DNA of 63,153 nucleotides, counting the filler, from Chiloscyllium plagiosum (lineage: Eukaryota): the NCBI RefSeq assembly GCF_004010195.1. It is 3 parts of one record of this genome, joined end to end, with 100 filler letters (N's around TTAATTAATTAA, not from the genome) between each part and the next. Parts side by side here need not be neighbours in the genome. Positions count along the whole stretch, not along the records: positions 1 to 27,223 come from NC_057711.1; positions 27,324 to 56,806 come from NC_057711.1; 1 more part is not named here. The stretch is one strand, 5' to 3'. The notes below the pieces were generated by a model. The model was not told the origin of the DNA and did no database searches. It saw only the letters and a list, made by a program, of their open reading frames with translations. Positions 25,990 through 38,504 of the stretch are shown here, piece by piece (within the stretch, counting starts at the first letter, position 1; every line of letters begins with the position of its first letter). The translations under genes were made by a program, and so were the position numbers.

Positions 25990-26420
25990 TTTCATGAAGA
26001 TTGATTTGAAGTACCTTGGAATGAAAGTTTTATCTTATGAAGAAATGTTTGTCAGGTTGAGATTATTTCCATTAGAGTTTAGAGGGGCTGAGGTTGGGTT
26101 AAGCTAAGAGACTGTTTGACCTTGTGGGAGACATGAGAACTATGGATATACTTTAATAAGAGCTCTCTGTTTTAAGTCCGAATTGAGTAGAGTTTAAGTA
26201 TTTCTCTCCAAGGGCTTTTAACCAGGGGAGGTTTGTTCCACAGAGGTAGTGGAGGCTAGATCATTGAATGTATTCAAGGCTGAATTCGAAAACTTTTTGA
26301 TCCACAAGGGAGTTGATGGTGATGTGGTTGCAGAAAGGAAGGTGGAGATGAGACCAGCTGAGTCATGATGTTATCAAATGGAGGAGCTGGCACTGGGCCA
26401 AATGGCCTACTTCTGTTTCG
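25990..26420 (+). mobile_element. Old CR1 3' end
   Basis: Degraded match to the CR1 3' region, ending in AAATGGCCTACTTCTG. Confidence 0.6.
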
Positions 26421-27087
26421 GAGCCCCATTTTTCATCTATTGAATTGCGGGCATTCATAAGAAATTATGTGCATATGGCTTGGAGAACTGAGATCTCTAT
26501 TCATAACCCAGAAGTTAGCACATGGTCAGAAGCACACTGGACTGAAAAAGAAAGTTTGTTTAAACAGATTCATACAATCTACTAAAAGGTTTGGTCTGCA
26601 TCAGATGTTGTCCTTACATTTAGCAGCAAGCAATACATCTATAATCACCAAAGTATAATGTATATACACAATACCAAGTCGCAGTGTTACCACAATGGTT
26701 ATAGTGGGGTTCCAAAGAGTTTGGCACAGGTTGGAAATCCTTTATTCAAAAACCTCAGGACTAACAGACTTTTGGATAAATGTTATTTTCAGTTTTTAGG
26801 TCACTATAGTACATTCTGGCCCTTTTGGAAAAGAAAATAACTTTGCTTAACTTAAACAGACTAACCACACCAATCCCCAAAGGCATAAACACGGTGAGTT
26901 TAGGCCTTCACAAAGTACAATTGTGCTCTAAGATTCGGTCAGGCCAAGTGAACTTTTTTTCTCAGAAGGGCTAGAACTCTGCATGTCCATAGGCCTATTT
27001 AGGTTGACTTTCAAACGACCTTCAACTTTTTAAGATCCTGTCAGTTTTTGGTTGTACAGATAATAGATAGCTAACGTGTATAAGGAT

Positions 27088-27223
27088 TAAGGTGGTAAAA
27101 ACAATGACTGCAGATGCTGGAAACCAGATTCTGGATCAGTGGTGCTGGAAGAGCACAGCAATTCAGGCAGCATCCGACGAGCAGCAAAATCGACGTTTCG
27201 GGCAAAAGCCCTTCATCAGGAAT
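27088..27223 (-). mobile_element. Family A arm with an intact hammerhead-like core, cut by the gap
   Basis: Minus strand 27223-27186 reads ATTC-CTGATGA-A-GGGC-TTTT-GCCC-GAAA-CG-TC-GATTTT. Confidence 0.85.
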
Positions 27224-27323
27224 NNNNNNNNNNNNNNNNNNNNNNNNNNNNNNNNNNNNNNNNNNNNTTAATTAATTAANNNNNNNNNNNNNNNNNNNNN
27301 NNNNNNNNNNNNNNNNNNNNNNN
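27224..27323. other. Artificial contig join (N44-TTAATTAATTAA-N44)
   Basis: Exactly 100 bp with a six-frame stop linker at 27268-27279. Confidence 0.95.
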
Positions 27324-27629
27324 CCCCCCCTTCCCGTCCACCCCTGGCACCTCTCCAGGGTAGCCAGACTGCAAACCAACAACAAGACTGCTGCTGCTGC
27401 AGCTGCCTCTGTGGGGTAAATCTCCAAATAGAGCACAGGCGTGCGCACACACATACACACCTTCTTACTGCAAACTCCCCCCCTTCCCGTCCACCCCTGG
27501 CACCTCTCCAGGGTAGCCAGACTGCAAACCAACAACAAGACTGCTGCTGCTGCAGCTGCCTCTGTGGGGTAAATCTCCAAATAGAGCACAGGCGTGCGCA
27601 CACACATACACACCTTCTTACTGCAAACT
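27324..27629. repeat. Perfect 153-bp tandem duplication abutting the gap
   Basis: 27324-27476 appears identical to 27477-27629. Confidence 0.9.
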
Positions 27630-27936
27630 TTTGACAGGTTCCATGCTTGCTCTGTACAGGACAATGTTGGAGAGATTATTCCTGGGAAGCAGGAGTCGGG
27701 GGGGGGAGGTTAGGGTACACTCCTGTGTAGATCTTCAAAGAAAGTGTTGGGGAAAGAGAGAGGGCGGGAGGTCAGTCATTTGGAGACGGTGCCTGTTTAA
27801 TCACTGTAAACAAAAGACATGATCACTGCTGCTAGAAACAATGTTTGATGCAATGTTTCTATTGGGACCTCGAGATCTCCTTCAGATAATCTGATTTTCG
27901 GATAATTGGTATTTGGATAATTGAGTTTCCTCTGTA
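27630..27936. mobile_element. Right end of a Tigger/pogo-like non-autonomous DNA transposon
   Basis: Repeated (T/C)GGATAAT subterminal motifs ending TTCCTCTG-TA, resembling a Tigger TIR with TA target. Confidence 0.5.
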
Positions 27937-28290
27937 TAGTCATCGAAAGTGGAAGGGTAAATTGAGAGCATGGTTAGTCAGGCATAAGGAATATTAGGCT
28001 TTACAGATTGTAGCAGATAGTCCAAAAGAAAGGAAGTTATATTTGAAACACAAAAGGCTAATCTGAGATTCTTTTATGTTAATGATGCAGTTTACATCAT
28101 AGTAGGGAGTGATGCAATGCAACATAGTCATTCTGTCTTGTGTAACCTCATGGCAAAATGACACAACGTAAGATGTTTCTTAATTAAAGTTTTCATTACC
28201 TCAGCAGGTGTGGTAAATATCCTTCAGCAACACAAAGCCAAAAACCTTGCATGACCTTGCAGCATTATCACTGGATTGTTAATCTACAGA

Positions 28291-28516
28291 GGGAGAAAGT
28301 GAGGACTGCAGATGCTGAAGATCAGAGTTAAAAAGTTTGGTGCTGGAAAAGCACAGCCAGTCAAGCAGCATCTGAGGAGCAGGAGAGTTGACATATCGAG
28401 CATAAGCTCTTCATCAGGAATTCCTGATGAAAAGCTTATGCTCGAAACATCGACTCTCCTGCTCTTTCGATGCTGCCTGACTGGCTATACTTTTCTAGCA
28501 CCACACTTTTTGATAC
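28291..28516. mobile_element. Fold-back element, family A
   Basis: Centre CATCAGGAATTCCTGATG. TSD TGTTAAT(C/T)TACAGA at 28277-28290 and 28517-28530. Confidence 0.88.
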
Positions 28517-28530
28517 TGTTAATTTACAGA

Positions 28531-29020
28531 CCCAGGTGATGTTCTGGGTACCTGGCTTCCAATCCTCTTACAGTAGATGGTTGAATTTGAATTCAATTTT
28601 AAAAATCTAGAATTAAGAGTTTAATGATGATCATGAAAGCATTGTGATTGTCAGGAAAAACCCAGCATGGTATCTCGTGGTTAGCACCATGGCCTCACTA
28701 CATCAGCATTTGATTCCATAGTAACTGCGTGTTTAGGGGGCTGGGTATGGGTGGATGCTCTTCAGAGGATCAGTGCAGACTTGATGAACTAAATGGTTTC
28801 CTTCTGCACAGTAGGGATTCTATGATGTGGAACACTAATGCCACAGGGGAAGGAAACCATTTGGTCCATCAGGTTCCTTAGAGAAGAAAACTGCCACCTT
28901 TACCTGGTCTGGCCGACATGTGACTTCAGATGCACAACAATATGGTTGACCCTGAACTGCCCTCTAGGCATTATAAACCTAGACAGCAATGTCCTCATCC
29001 TGTGAATGAATAAAAAAAAG
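28531..29020 (+). mobile_element. Old SINE-like repeat with an embedded HE1-type fragment
   Basis: Ends CATCCTGTGAATGAATAAAAAAAA; HE1-like pieces at ~28665-28825. Confidence 0.5.
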
Positions 29021-30439
29021 GTGGCAGCAAGTGAAAGTAGCATCTGAAAAAGTCTCTGCTACTACCAGAAAGCTTTGAGCAGCATGACTGAATTGGCTGA
29101 AGCTTTTACAAGGAAAGACATTGCATCCACCCTCATTGCAAGGGTGAACAATAGGTTGATCTGTACATTATTGTATGCAATGCTGGTATGCACTTAATAC
29201 CCTAGCTAGACATAGAATCTAAAAAGAGCACTTTATGTAGGAATTAATAAAAACACTCAATGCCAATTTCAACCTGTAAGAAAAAAATGCATGTCCAGCA
29301 ACAGGGGGTAAGAATTGATACTTTTATCATTGATCTGTACAGACATGCAGAGGATAAGATTATGGCAGCTTAAAAAAATCTAATCAGAGACAGAATTATT
29401 GTCAGAATTTTGGATGAAATGTTTGGCACTTTGCAATTGAAGGCTGACTTTAGTATTAACAAAGGTAATTCAATTGAGTGGATCAATTCAAGTGGGGAAG
29501 CAAAATCCATTGAATGATTCAGGTTGACCTGGAGAACTGAATTCTGAAAGTGACTGACTTAATGGAGAATGTTACGCCTAAAAGCAAAAAGGTGACCGGA
29601 TAAAAACAGAGAATGTAGGAAAGTGTGTAACCACGTAGTTAACATATGGATGTAGCAGAAAAGAAATACAGATTGTTCCACAGCTCTTTGTTAATGCAAA
29701 TTTGCTATAACATGGTTTATGAACTGGGGACACTTTCTATAGTGCAAACTTTTAAAACGTGTATTGGTTACAAGGCGATTCCGGCCCCATTATTTTAAAT
29801 GGCGCTGCTATTACAATGGGGTTGCATGAGAATGGAACTATCCCATTATAGTAGAATTGACTGCATGGATAAGAAGTGTCCTGCCAAGGAAGGTGAGTAC
29901 TGCTTTTGCAGGGAGGATGCTTCTGTGTCACAATAAGAAGCTAGTACAGAATAAATAAAATGAGAAGTTTTCAAAGTATATCAAAATCCATATAATAGAA
30001 AATAGAAACATATGGGCAGGAATAGGCCATTTAGCCCTTGAGCCAGATCCACCATTCACTATGATCATGGCTGATCATCCAACTCAATAACATGTTCCTG
30101 TTTCTCCCGCATATCCTTTGATCCTTTCAGCCCCAAGTGTTAAATCTAATTGTTTTGAAATAATTCAAATTTGTGGCTTTGACTGCTTTTTATGGTAGTC
30201 AATTTCACAGGTTTTAGGTATCAATGGTGTGGAAGTGCCTTTCCTTTGTGATCCTAGGACTAATTGGAAGCTGTTGAAGGTTTGTTATCCTAATAGAGGA
30301 AAACAGAAGTGCTTTAAATTACACACAGATTAAGCAGCTTCAGTTCTTTCTGCTAGATAACAATAATTGGAGAAAACGTTGCTTCAGCCATCATATGTAA
30401 TACTGCATAGACCTCAAACCATGTAGAAAGAAAGTAGGT

Positions 30440-30572
30440 GTTAACATTTTCAGTCCAGGGACTCTTCATGAGGAGAGATGAAGAGTCAGTGGACTCAAAA
30501 AGTTAACTCTGCTTTCTTTCCACAAATGCTGCTAGATCTGCTAATCTTTGTCAACAATTTCAGTTTTTGTTT
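30440..30572. mobile_element. Degraded family C element
   Basis: GACTCTTCAT...ATGAAGAGTC inverted core followed by the family C arm. Confidence 0.6.
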
Positions 30573-30689
30573 TATTTAGCCAGCATCCACAGCTCTTTGT
30601 TTCAATTCTATGTTTGTATAATCCCCTCTCTTAATGGTTATACTATAGCAGGAGGTATGGTGAGTCATGTTGGTTATGGTTTAGTGCAT

Positions 30690-33530
30690 CTCTACAGTTG
30701 CTGACAGCCCACAGCACATCGTGGATGGTCAGTTGTTAGTTGCTGGATCTGTTCATAGTTTCTCTCATGTGCATACTGACAGTGCCACATAACATGATGG
30801 AAGACATCTTCAATATAGATTGGCAGCTCACTACCACTTTCCCAAGGGCTGTCGGAAGGGTAATAAATGCTGGCCAGCCATCGATGCTCGCATCGTGCAA
30901 GTAAATAGAAAAAAGTGTGAAGATGATACTTTATGCAGTGCACACACTTGCCAACATTGTCATGTTGTTACAGGTAAGTCGATGAGTCCTCACTTTCGCT
31001 TCCATGAGGATAAGGTCAAGTAAGGTTTTCTTCCATATTAGTTCCCTTACTGCCAGCCACAAGCACCCAGTCAAGCAACTATGTCCTTAGCAAATGGATG
31101 AACTCAATTTGTTTTACTGAGCCACTCCTGGTGATGGACATTCATGAGCCCATTCAGAATACATACTATACACACAGACCCTGAATGCACCCTCCAAATC
31201 GTGTTCAAAATGGAGGAGCACAGATTCATCAGCTTGAAGGGCTGGTGTTACCAACACTATTGATACTGAATGTCGGTGGTGGAGGGAGTGGATGGTTGTG
31301 GATGAGATGCTGCTTTGTTCTGGATGGTTGTAAGCTTCTTGAATGTTGCGGGGGCAAGTGAAGAGTATTTTATCACACTCCTGTCTTGTGCCTTGTAGAT
31401 GGTAGACAGGCTTTTGGGAGTGAAGAGGTGAGTTATTTACCACTGTATTCCTAGTCTCTGACTTGCTCTTGTAGCTACTGTATTAATGTGGTGAGTTCAG
31501 CGAAGTTTCTAATCAATGATAACTTCCAGGATGTTGATAGTGGGGCATTCAATGATGGTAACACCATTGAATGTCAAGGGGCAATGGTTAGATTATCTCT
31601 TGTTGGTGATGGTCATAGTCTGATATTTGTGTGGCACAAATGTTACTTGCCGCTTGTCAGCCCAAGCCTGGATATTGTCCAGACCTTGTTGCATTTGGAC
31701 ATGGACTGCTTCAGTATCTGATGAGTCACGAATGGTGCTGAACATTGTACAATCATTGGCTAACATCCCCACTTCTGACCTGATGATGGAGGGAAGATTA
31801 TTGATGAAGCAGTTGGAGATGGTTGGGCTATCTCTGCAGAGATGACTGACCTCCAATAATCACAACCATCTTCCTATGTGTCAGGTATGACTCTAGCCAA
31901 TTGAGCATTTCTCCCCGATACCTATTGATTTCAGTTTTGCTAGGGATTCTTGATGCCACACTCGGTCGAATGCAGCCTTGATGTCAAGGGCTATCACTCT
32001 CACCTTACCTCTGTAATTCAGCTCTTTTTTCCAAGTTTGAACCAAGGCTGTAATGAGGTTAGGAACTGAGTAGCCCTGGCAGAACCTAAACAAAGGATTA
32101 GTGCGTAATTGCTGTTCGATCGCACTGTTGATGACACCTTCCATCACTTCACTGACTGATGGGGCGGCATTTGGCCGGGTTAGATTTATCTTGCTTTTTA
32201 CGTACAGGACATACTTTTCCACATTGGCGGGTAGATGTCAGAGTTGTAACTGTACTGGAACAACTTGCTAGGGAAGCAGCAAGTTCTGGAGCACAAATCT
32301 TCAGTACTGTTGCCGGAATGTGGTCAGGGCCCATAGTCTTTGCTAGAACATAGAACATAGAACATAGAACAATACAGCACATAACAGGCCCTTCGGCCCA
32401 CGATGTTGTGCTGAACATTTGTCCTAGCTTAAACACTTATCCATGTACCTATCCAATTGCTGCTCAAAGGTCACCAATGATTCTGACTCTGCCACTCCCA
32501 CAGGCAGCGCATTCCATGCCCCCACCACTCTCTGGGTAAAGAACCTACCCCTGACATCCCCCCTCTACCTCCACCCTGAGGCGACCAGAACTGCACACAG
32601 TACTCCAAATGTGGCCTTACCAAGGTCCTGTACAGCTGCAACATCGCCTCACGACTCTTGAATTCAATCCCTCTGCTAATGAACACTAATGCACCATAGG
32701 CCTTCTAACAAGCTCTATCCACCTGAGTGCCAACTTTCAAAGAGTTATGAACATAGATGCCAAGATCCTTCTTCTCCTCCACCTTACTAAGAACCCTACT
32801 GTTAACCCTGTTAACCCTGTATTCTGCATTCTTATTTGTCCTTCCAAAATGGACAACCTCACACTTGACAGGGTTGAACTCCATCTGTCACTCCTCAGCC
32901 CAGCTCTGCATCATATCTAAGTCCCTTTGCAGCCGACAACAGCCCTCCTCACTACTTGCTGTACCTAATTTCTTCATATCACTTAGAGTGAATTGAATTG
33001 GTGAAGACTGGTAGGTGTAATGCTGAGGACCACGCAAGGAGGCTGAGATGGATCATCCATTCAGCACTTCTGGCTGAAGATTGCTGCGAAAACTTCAGCC
33101 TTATCTTTTGCATGATGTGCTGAGCTCTTCCATCATGGAGAATGGAGATATTTGTGGAGCTTCTTCCTCTAATGAGTTATTTCATCATCCACCACCATTC
33201 ACAACTGGATGTGGCAGGATTGCAGAGCTTAGTTCTGGTCTTATGGTTGTGGATTGCTTAGTTCTGTCAATCACTTGCTGCTTATGCTATTTGGCATGCA
33301 AGTAGTCAAGTTGGTTGCTTCACCAGGTTGACACCTCATTTTTAGGTATGTCTGGTGCTGGTCCTAGCATGCCCTCCTGCACTCTCCATTGAAACAGGAT
33401 TGATCCCCTAGCTTGATGGCGATGGTTGAGTGGGAGATATGCTAGGCTATGAGGTTATAGATTGTGCTGGAGTACAATTGTGCTGCTGTTGATTGCCCAC
33501 AGCACCTCATGGATGCCCAGTCTTGAGAAG
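30690..33530 (-). mobile_element. Degraded CR1-clade LINE of a second family, interrupted at 32345-32955
   Basis: ORFs 32149..32436 (MGPDHIPATVLK), 31893..32222 (ALDIKAAFDRVWH), 31593..31856 (FINNLPS, MLANDCTMF). Confidence 0.85.
32345..32955 (-). mobile_element. Younger CR1 3' fragment with an internal deletion, nested
   Basis: (ATAGAAC)n tail at 32345-32371. Close match to 137-1249, but jumps from FWSP directly to GGR..GDV at ~32578. Confidence 0.9.
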
Positions 33531-34299
33531 CTAGATTTGGAAGTCAACAAAACGTGGGGCAGGGGTGAGACTTCCTCAAGGGAGCTGGGTGAGATAGACA
33601 GTCCCAGTGCAATATGCATTGGGATATCTGAATGGGCTAGTCTGAATTTTGAGTTGTCTCAACTCACAGCGCTGCAGGAGAGTGACACTGGTGGAGAATT
33701 TTAAGGTTCAGGTGAAGATTGTGAGATATTCACTTCGTAGTACTGTTTTTCTTTAAACAATTTTCTAATAACCATATATTTTTACCTTTTCCTCATTAAC
33801 CCCTTTAGTTGTGAACCTCTCTGGAATGTCTTTTTTTTTTGACAGTAGTACAGCCTGGTTTCTGGACAGGACTCTGTCCTGGATTATGGTGATTCCCATC
33901 AGCAATCTGTTGGGCTCTTCATTGTTGCATATGTAAGTTGCAGGTTCGTGCTGGTCTTCTTTGTCATCCTGGAGGCCATTGCTTCTTCAGCTCCAGGATT
34001 TCAGTGGTCAGGTCTTGAGAACAGTGCCAAGGAGCTGAGAACTGTTAAATGGGGAGTTCTAAGACTTTGACCCAGAAACAGGAGTGATGATATAGTTACA
34101 AGTTAAGATGGTGTGGGGTTTGGAGAGTAGTGTTTCCCTGTATCTGCTTTTGTTCTTCTAGGTGTTGGGAGTTGTGTGTTTGTAAAATGGCATCAGATGA
34201 GCCTGGTGAATTGGTAAGTTGGTGGTTCTCATTTTTCATTAAATGTTTTTAAATTTAATTCAACTGCAGTCTTAATTCTCTCATGTTCCCATATTTACA

Positions 34300-35130
34300 T
34301 AGAATAATACAGGCCCTTCAGTTCTTGATGTTGTGCCGACCTTTTATCCTACAGTAAGAATAAACTAACCTTGTCGTGGAAATTAAATCAACTCGACCCA
34401 ACCATCAGCAAAAGCAAAGAAAGAAGCTTTATTCAAATTTTGCAGAATTGACTTATTTCATTCAGCCAGAGGCTTCATGTAAGGGGCACTTGAGCATAAT
34501 TCAGATACTCTTCTTATACCATCCTTATCACGCTCTCAAGGGCAAAGACTGGGTTTATTTTCTCATCCCCTGGTCGTGGACTGTCGCAAGGACAAGTTGA
34601 ATTCAAACAAAGCCAAGCTGTCTCCTGGCTGCAGAGCTCAGCAAAGTATTGTTTACAAAACTTAGCACAGCATTAAATTTAGAAAGGCATTGTCTTTCAG
34701 ATTTCACAGTAAATTTGGTAATTTTCCATTACAACCTACATACCTTACATTTTACGATCATTCATGAACCTAACCCAGAGTTGTTTAAATGTCCCCAATG
34801 TATCTGACTCTACTACCACTGCTGGTAGTGTGTTCCACACACCCACCGCTCTCTGTGTAAAGAACCTACCTCTGACATCGCCCTAAACCTTCCCCTAATC
34901 ACCTTAAAATTATGCCCCCATGTGATAGCCATTTCTGCCCTGGGAAAAAGTCTCTAGCAAACCACTCTATCTATGTCTCACATCATCTTGTACATTTCTA
35001 TTAAGTCACCTCTTAACCCTTTTGTGCCAATGAGAAAAACCCTAGCTCCCTCAACCTTTCTTCATGAGACATGCCCCCCAGTCCAGGCAGCATCCTGGTG
35101 AATTTTCTAAAGCCTCTAAAGCTTTCACAT
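34300..35130 (-). mobile_element. CR1 3' end interrupted by a solo LTR
   Basis: The host reads continuously (TAAACTAACCT|ACATACC) when 34372-34737 is removed. Confidence 0.85.
34372..34733 (-). mobile_element. Solo LTR, 362 bp
   Basis: TG...CA ends with imperfect inverted termini (TGTCGTGGAAATT / AATTTTCCATTACA). 4-bp TSD ACCT at 34368-34371 and 34734-34737. AATAAA on the minus strand. Confidence 0.75.
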
Positions 35131-35941
35131 TTTTCATTGTTCACTATTTATTATTTCCCTACTCCTACTCCTCTGGCAGAGCGTTCCTGGCATCTTGAAC
35201 AGAGATCACCCTGGCGAGTAGGCACACAGACACTTAGGAATGATTTGAATGAAGGACAGCATGCCAGTTGAAATGGAAGGAGTGAGGGGAGTTGTGAAGA
35301 AAAGTAATGAAATATGCAGAAAGATTTGTTTATTATTGTTTGTATCATAACCTGTAGGAAGATTCTTATGCCTACTTGTCAAATTTAACAAGCTCTGATC
35401 AATTTTGAAAGTTTGAATGCTCCAGCATGATCATCTGCAATCAGGACTCATTCCGAATTAAACTATTTTATGCCCATTGATGCCTGCTTTGTTCTGAGCA
35501 TTTTAGAGCAAGTATGAATGCTCAAATCTTTCTGGTCACCAAGTTCAGTGATAATATCTGTACGTCACTATTATATTCACAATGATTGTTTTATAAAGCT
35601 TGTACAGAAAGCAATACCATGTCAAACAAAAGCATGCAGTTCATATTTGTGAAAGAATGTGCATTTTATATCCTTTTTCATTTTGCACTCATCTTCAGCA
35701 TGGATGAATTTCTAATAATATGTTACTGAGAAAGGAAGGAAATGAGAGGATAAGATTACCTGTATAAATCATTGAAATGGAAATGAAGGGAGCAGGAAAT
35801 TAATGAGATTCTGGTCTCAATAAAAACCTGATTCCAAAACAATCACTTCTGGGTTTAATGGAACTGGGTTTGGATATTGATGAGAAATCTAAGTGCCAAA
35901 ATCAGAGTTTTAATGACTGCAAGTAGGCATGATACACTGTC

Positions 35942-36166
35942 ATCTTTGGATTAGAGGTACTGGAAAAGCACAGCAGTTCAGGCAGCATCCGAGGAGCAGT
36001 AAAATCGGTGTTTCGGGTAAAAACCCTTCATCAGGAATACCTGATGAAGGGCTTTTGCCCGAAACGTCGATTTTACTGCTCCTCGGATGCTGCCTGAACT
36101 GCTGTGCTTTTTCAGCACCTCTAATCCAGAATCTGGTTTCCAGCATCTGCAGACATTGTTTTTACC
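35942..36166. mobile_element. Fold-back element, family A, with intact plus-strand hammerhead-like core
   Basis: Arms inverted about ~36037. TSD ACACTGTC at 35934-35941 and 36167-36174. Confidence 0.9.
36037..36072 (+). ncRNA. Candidate minimal type I hammerhead ribozyme
   Basis: CTGATGA (36041-47), extra A, stem II GGGC-TTTT-GCCC, GAAA (36061-64), palindromic ACGT stem III, GTC cleavage triplet (36066-68). Stem I is weak; activity is untested. Confidence 0.65.
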
Positions 36167-36689
36167 ACACTGTCTCTTTCAGAGGTGTTAACAAGCTGTT
36201 TGTAAATTATATTTTATTTTGCTTCAAATTAATGACCCCACTATGTTTATGGGATTCATAACACTGACCAGTGAAATGGAGTATGGGAAGATGCACACTT
36301 CATTTCAGTCATTAATGTTGTTAATAACTCGGGCAAATAAAAAATCACTGATTACAGCTAGTGTTTCATGGGCTTTTAACAAATGTTTGTAAATAGATGA
36401 CTTCTTGTGCAAATACAGCTTTCCATTAGCTTTGGATGCTTTTAAAGTGGCAATATAAAGATTATACCAATATTCATAGCATGAATTGGAGGAGTACAGC
36501 CATCGGCATCAGTGCAATTCCACGGACTGGCACACAGAAGAGGGGGGTTAAAGTTGCAGCTAACACTACCTATATTGAATTATACTAATTAGGTAGTTAT
36601 TTTTGACCGGTGCAGACTCAACTAACCAAAGGAACTTTTTCTGTGCCACAGATTTCTATGACTATAACTCTATTACAGCGTTAATTGTA

Positions 36690-36785
36690 TAAAGTTAAAA
36701 ATCACACAACACCAGGTTATTGTCCAACAGGTTTAATTGGAAGCACTAGCTTTTGGAGTGCTGCTCCGTCATCAGGTGGTTGTCA
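36690..36785 (-). mobile_element. Single-arm family B Penelope terminus
   Basis: Minus strand CAC-CTGATGA-C-GGAGC-AGC-ACTCC-AAAA-GCTA-GTG followed by the family B tail. Confidence 0.8.
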
Positions 36786-36979
36786 ATTAAGGTGAAGTGT
36801 ACTTGATAGGGTGGGGGCCTTCGAGGATTAATTACCTGTGTACATATTGTGACAAACAGCTTTATGTGGCCAATGGGTATCATAGGGCTGGACAGCATCA
36901 TCAGCCACAGCAATTTTATTTTAATGGTTGCAAATCCTATAAATAACATATACATGCAAATAACATGTAGATGCAAATG

Positions 36980-37272
36980 CACAGTGGCTCAGTGGTTAGC
37001 ACTGCTGCTTTACAGCACCAGCATCCCAGGTTCGATTCCAGCCTCAGGCGACTATCTGTGTGGAGTTTGCACATTCTCCCCGGATCTGCGTGGGCTTCCT
37101 CCCACAGTCCAAAGATGTGCAGGTCAGGTGAATTAGCCATGCTAAATTGCCCATGGTGCTAGTTGCATCAGTCAGAGGGAAATGGATCTGAGTGGGTTAC
37201 TCTTCGGAGGGTCGGTGTGGACTGGTTGGGCCAAAGGGCCTGTTTCCACACTGTAGGGAATCTAATCTAATC
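36980..37272 (+). mobile_element. HE1-type tRNA SINE
   Basis: A box TGGCTCAGTGG, B box GGTTCGATTCC, (AATCT)n tail. Confidence 0.9.
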
Positions 37273-38504
37273 AAAAAGAAAGCAGAAGACTGCAGTGGCA
37301 TTGGCTGAAGGAAAATTCATGAGCAAGATTCTACAACAAATGTCCCACTCATCAAAAGCTCTGATTTTGTTGTTTATATTTTTCTGTATCAGTAGACCAG
37401 CCTTATGTTTGTCATCTTGTCATTAAGATGCCATTCTAGCAGCTCAGCAGTCCTCTAGTGAATCGGTGAATTACTCAAATTCCTAGCTGTTCTTTAACAA
37501 CCAACATTATGGCTCAGAGGTGAGCATGCCATCAAGTGAAGTAACTAGATGAAGGGGAAGAATTACATGTATTCTTTTCCACACACATAAATCTTTGGTT
37601 GCCACATCTTTGTGGAATTGACTTACTGCAGTGAGTGATAAAACAATGGGTCATTCTTGTAATATTCACCTTTGTGTGTGGTGAAAGACATAGGTGAACA
37701 ATCACAAAAGTTGCAACATGTTGGATTTGAATTTTTGGAAGACATAGCCATCTGACATCGCTGGCCTTGCCTGTACAGGTAAGGCGGGAGTCAATGGCCA
37801 AGTTAATACTCTGCACTCAGGTCAATTACTGCATATTTTAATTTAATTTAAACACATTCCTGTTAAGATTTTTGCTTTAGTTATTTGATTTTTCAAGAGT
37901 CCAGTGAATCATGAAGTGCAGGTTTAATGCTTGTCAGTAAAACCAGCTGGACTTTTGTTAAACAACTTTTGGAGTCTGAAAGAAAAGATTCATTACTATA
38001 GAGAGGGGAGATATAATAGACAAACATCTTCCATTTTAATCTAATCTCTAATTGAAGGAAGGATGTTTTAAAGCATCCTTTAATTATCAGGAACATGGAA
38101 GTAACACGTTTTTGTAAGTTTTAATGGAAAGTTAATGTTTATTGTTTAACACCCGATTGTATGTAACTATACTCATACTCACGCAGACAAACATTGAGTA
38201 AAATATTATGGTCATAAAAGTAGCATGAATTGTGTTTACAATGTCAAGAATTCTTTGTTAACCTTGATTTTTTAAGGTCAAGACAAGTGATGCAGGCCTG
38301 TTCTCATTTTTCACCATTGATCATAAACACTAATGGTTTAGAGGGAGATTTGCTGTTGTTCTATGTTTGTAGATTTCACTTAATATACTCCAGTCTATGT
38401 GCAATAGTGGAGACCTGGTACTGGTTTGCGTGTAGAGAATACAAGGCCAGCTGAAATCTCTATCTTTGTATGACTTAGAAGCAGGTGTTTTTGTACAAGG
38501 TCTT

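Noticed and set aside
27268..27279. TTAATTAATTAA palindrome, also at 56851-56862
   Set aside because: Centred in identical 100-bp N blocks; an artificial six-frame stop linker.
27272..27664. Repeated ORFs with poly-Ala or poly-Gln
   Set aside because: Product of the 153-bp duplication and a (CTG)n tract next to a gap; possibly an assembly artefact.
35929..36261. Near-identical ORFs on both strands
   Set aside because: A consequence of the palindromic element, not coding.
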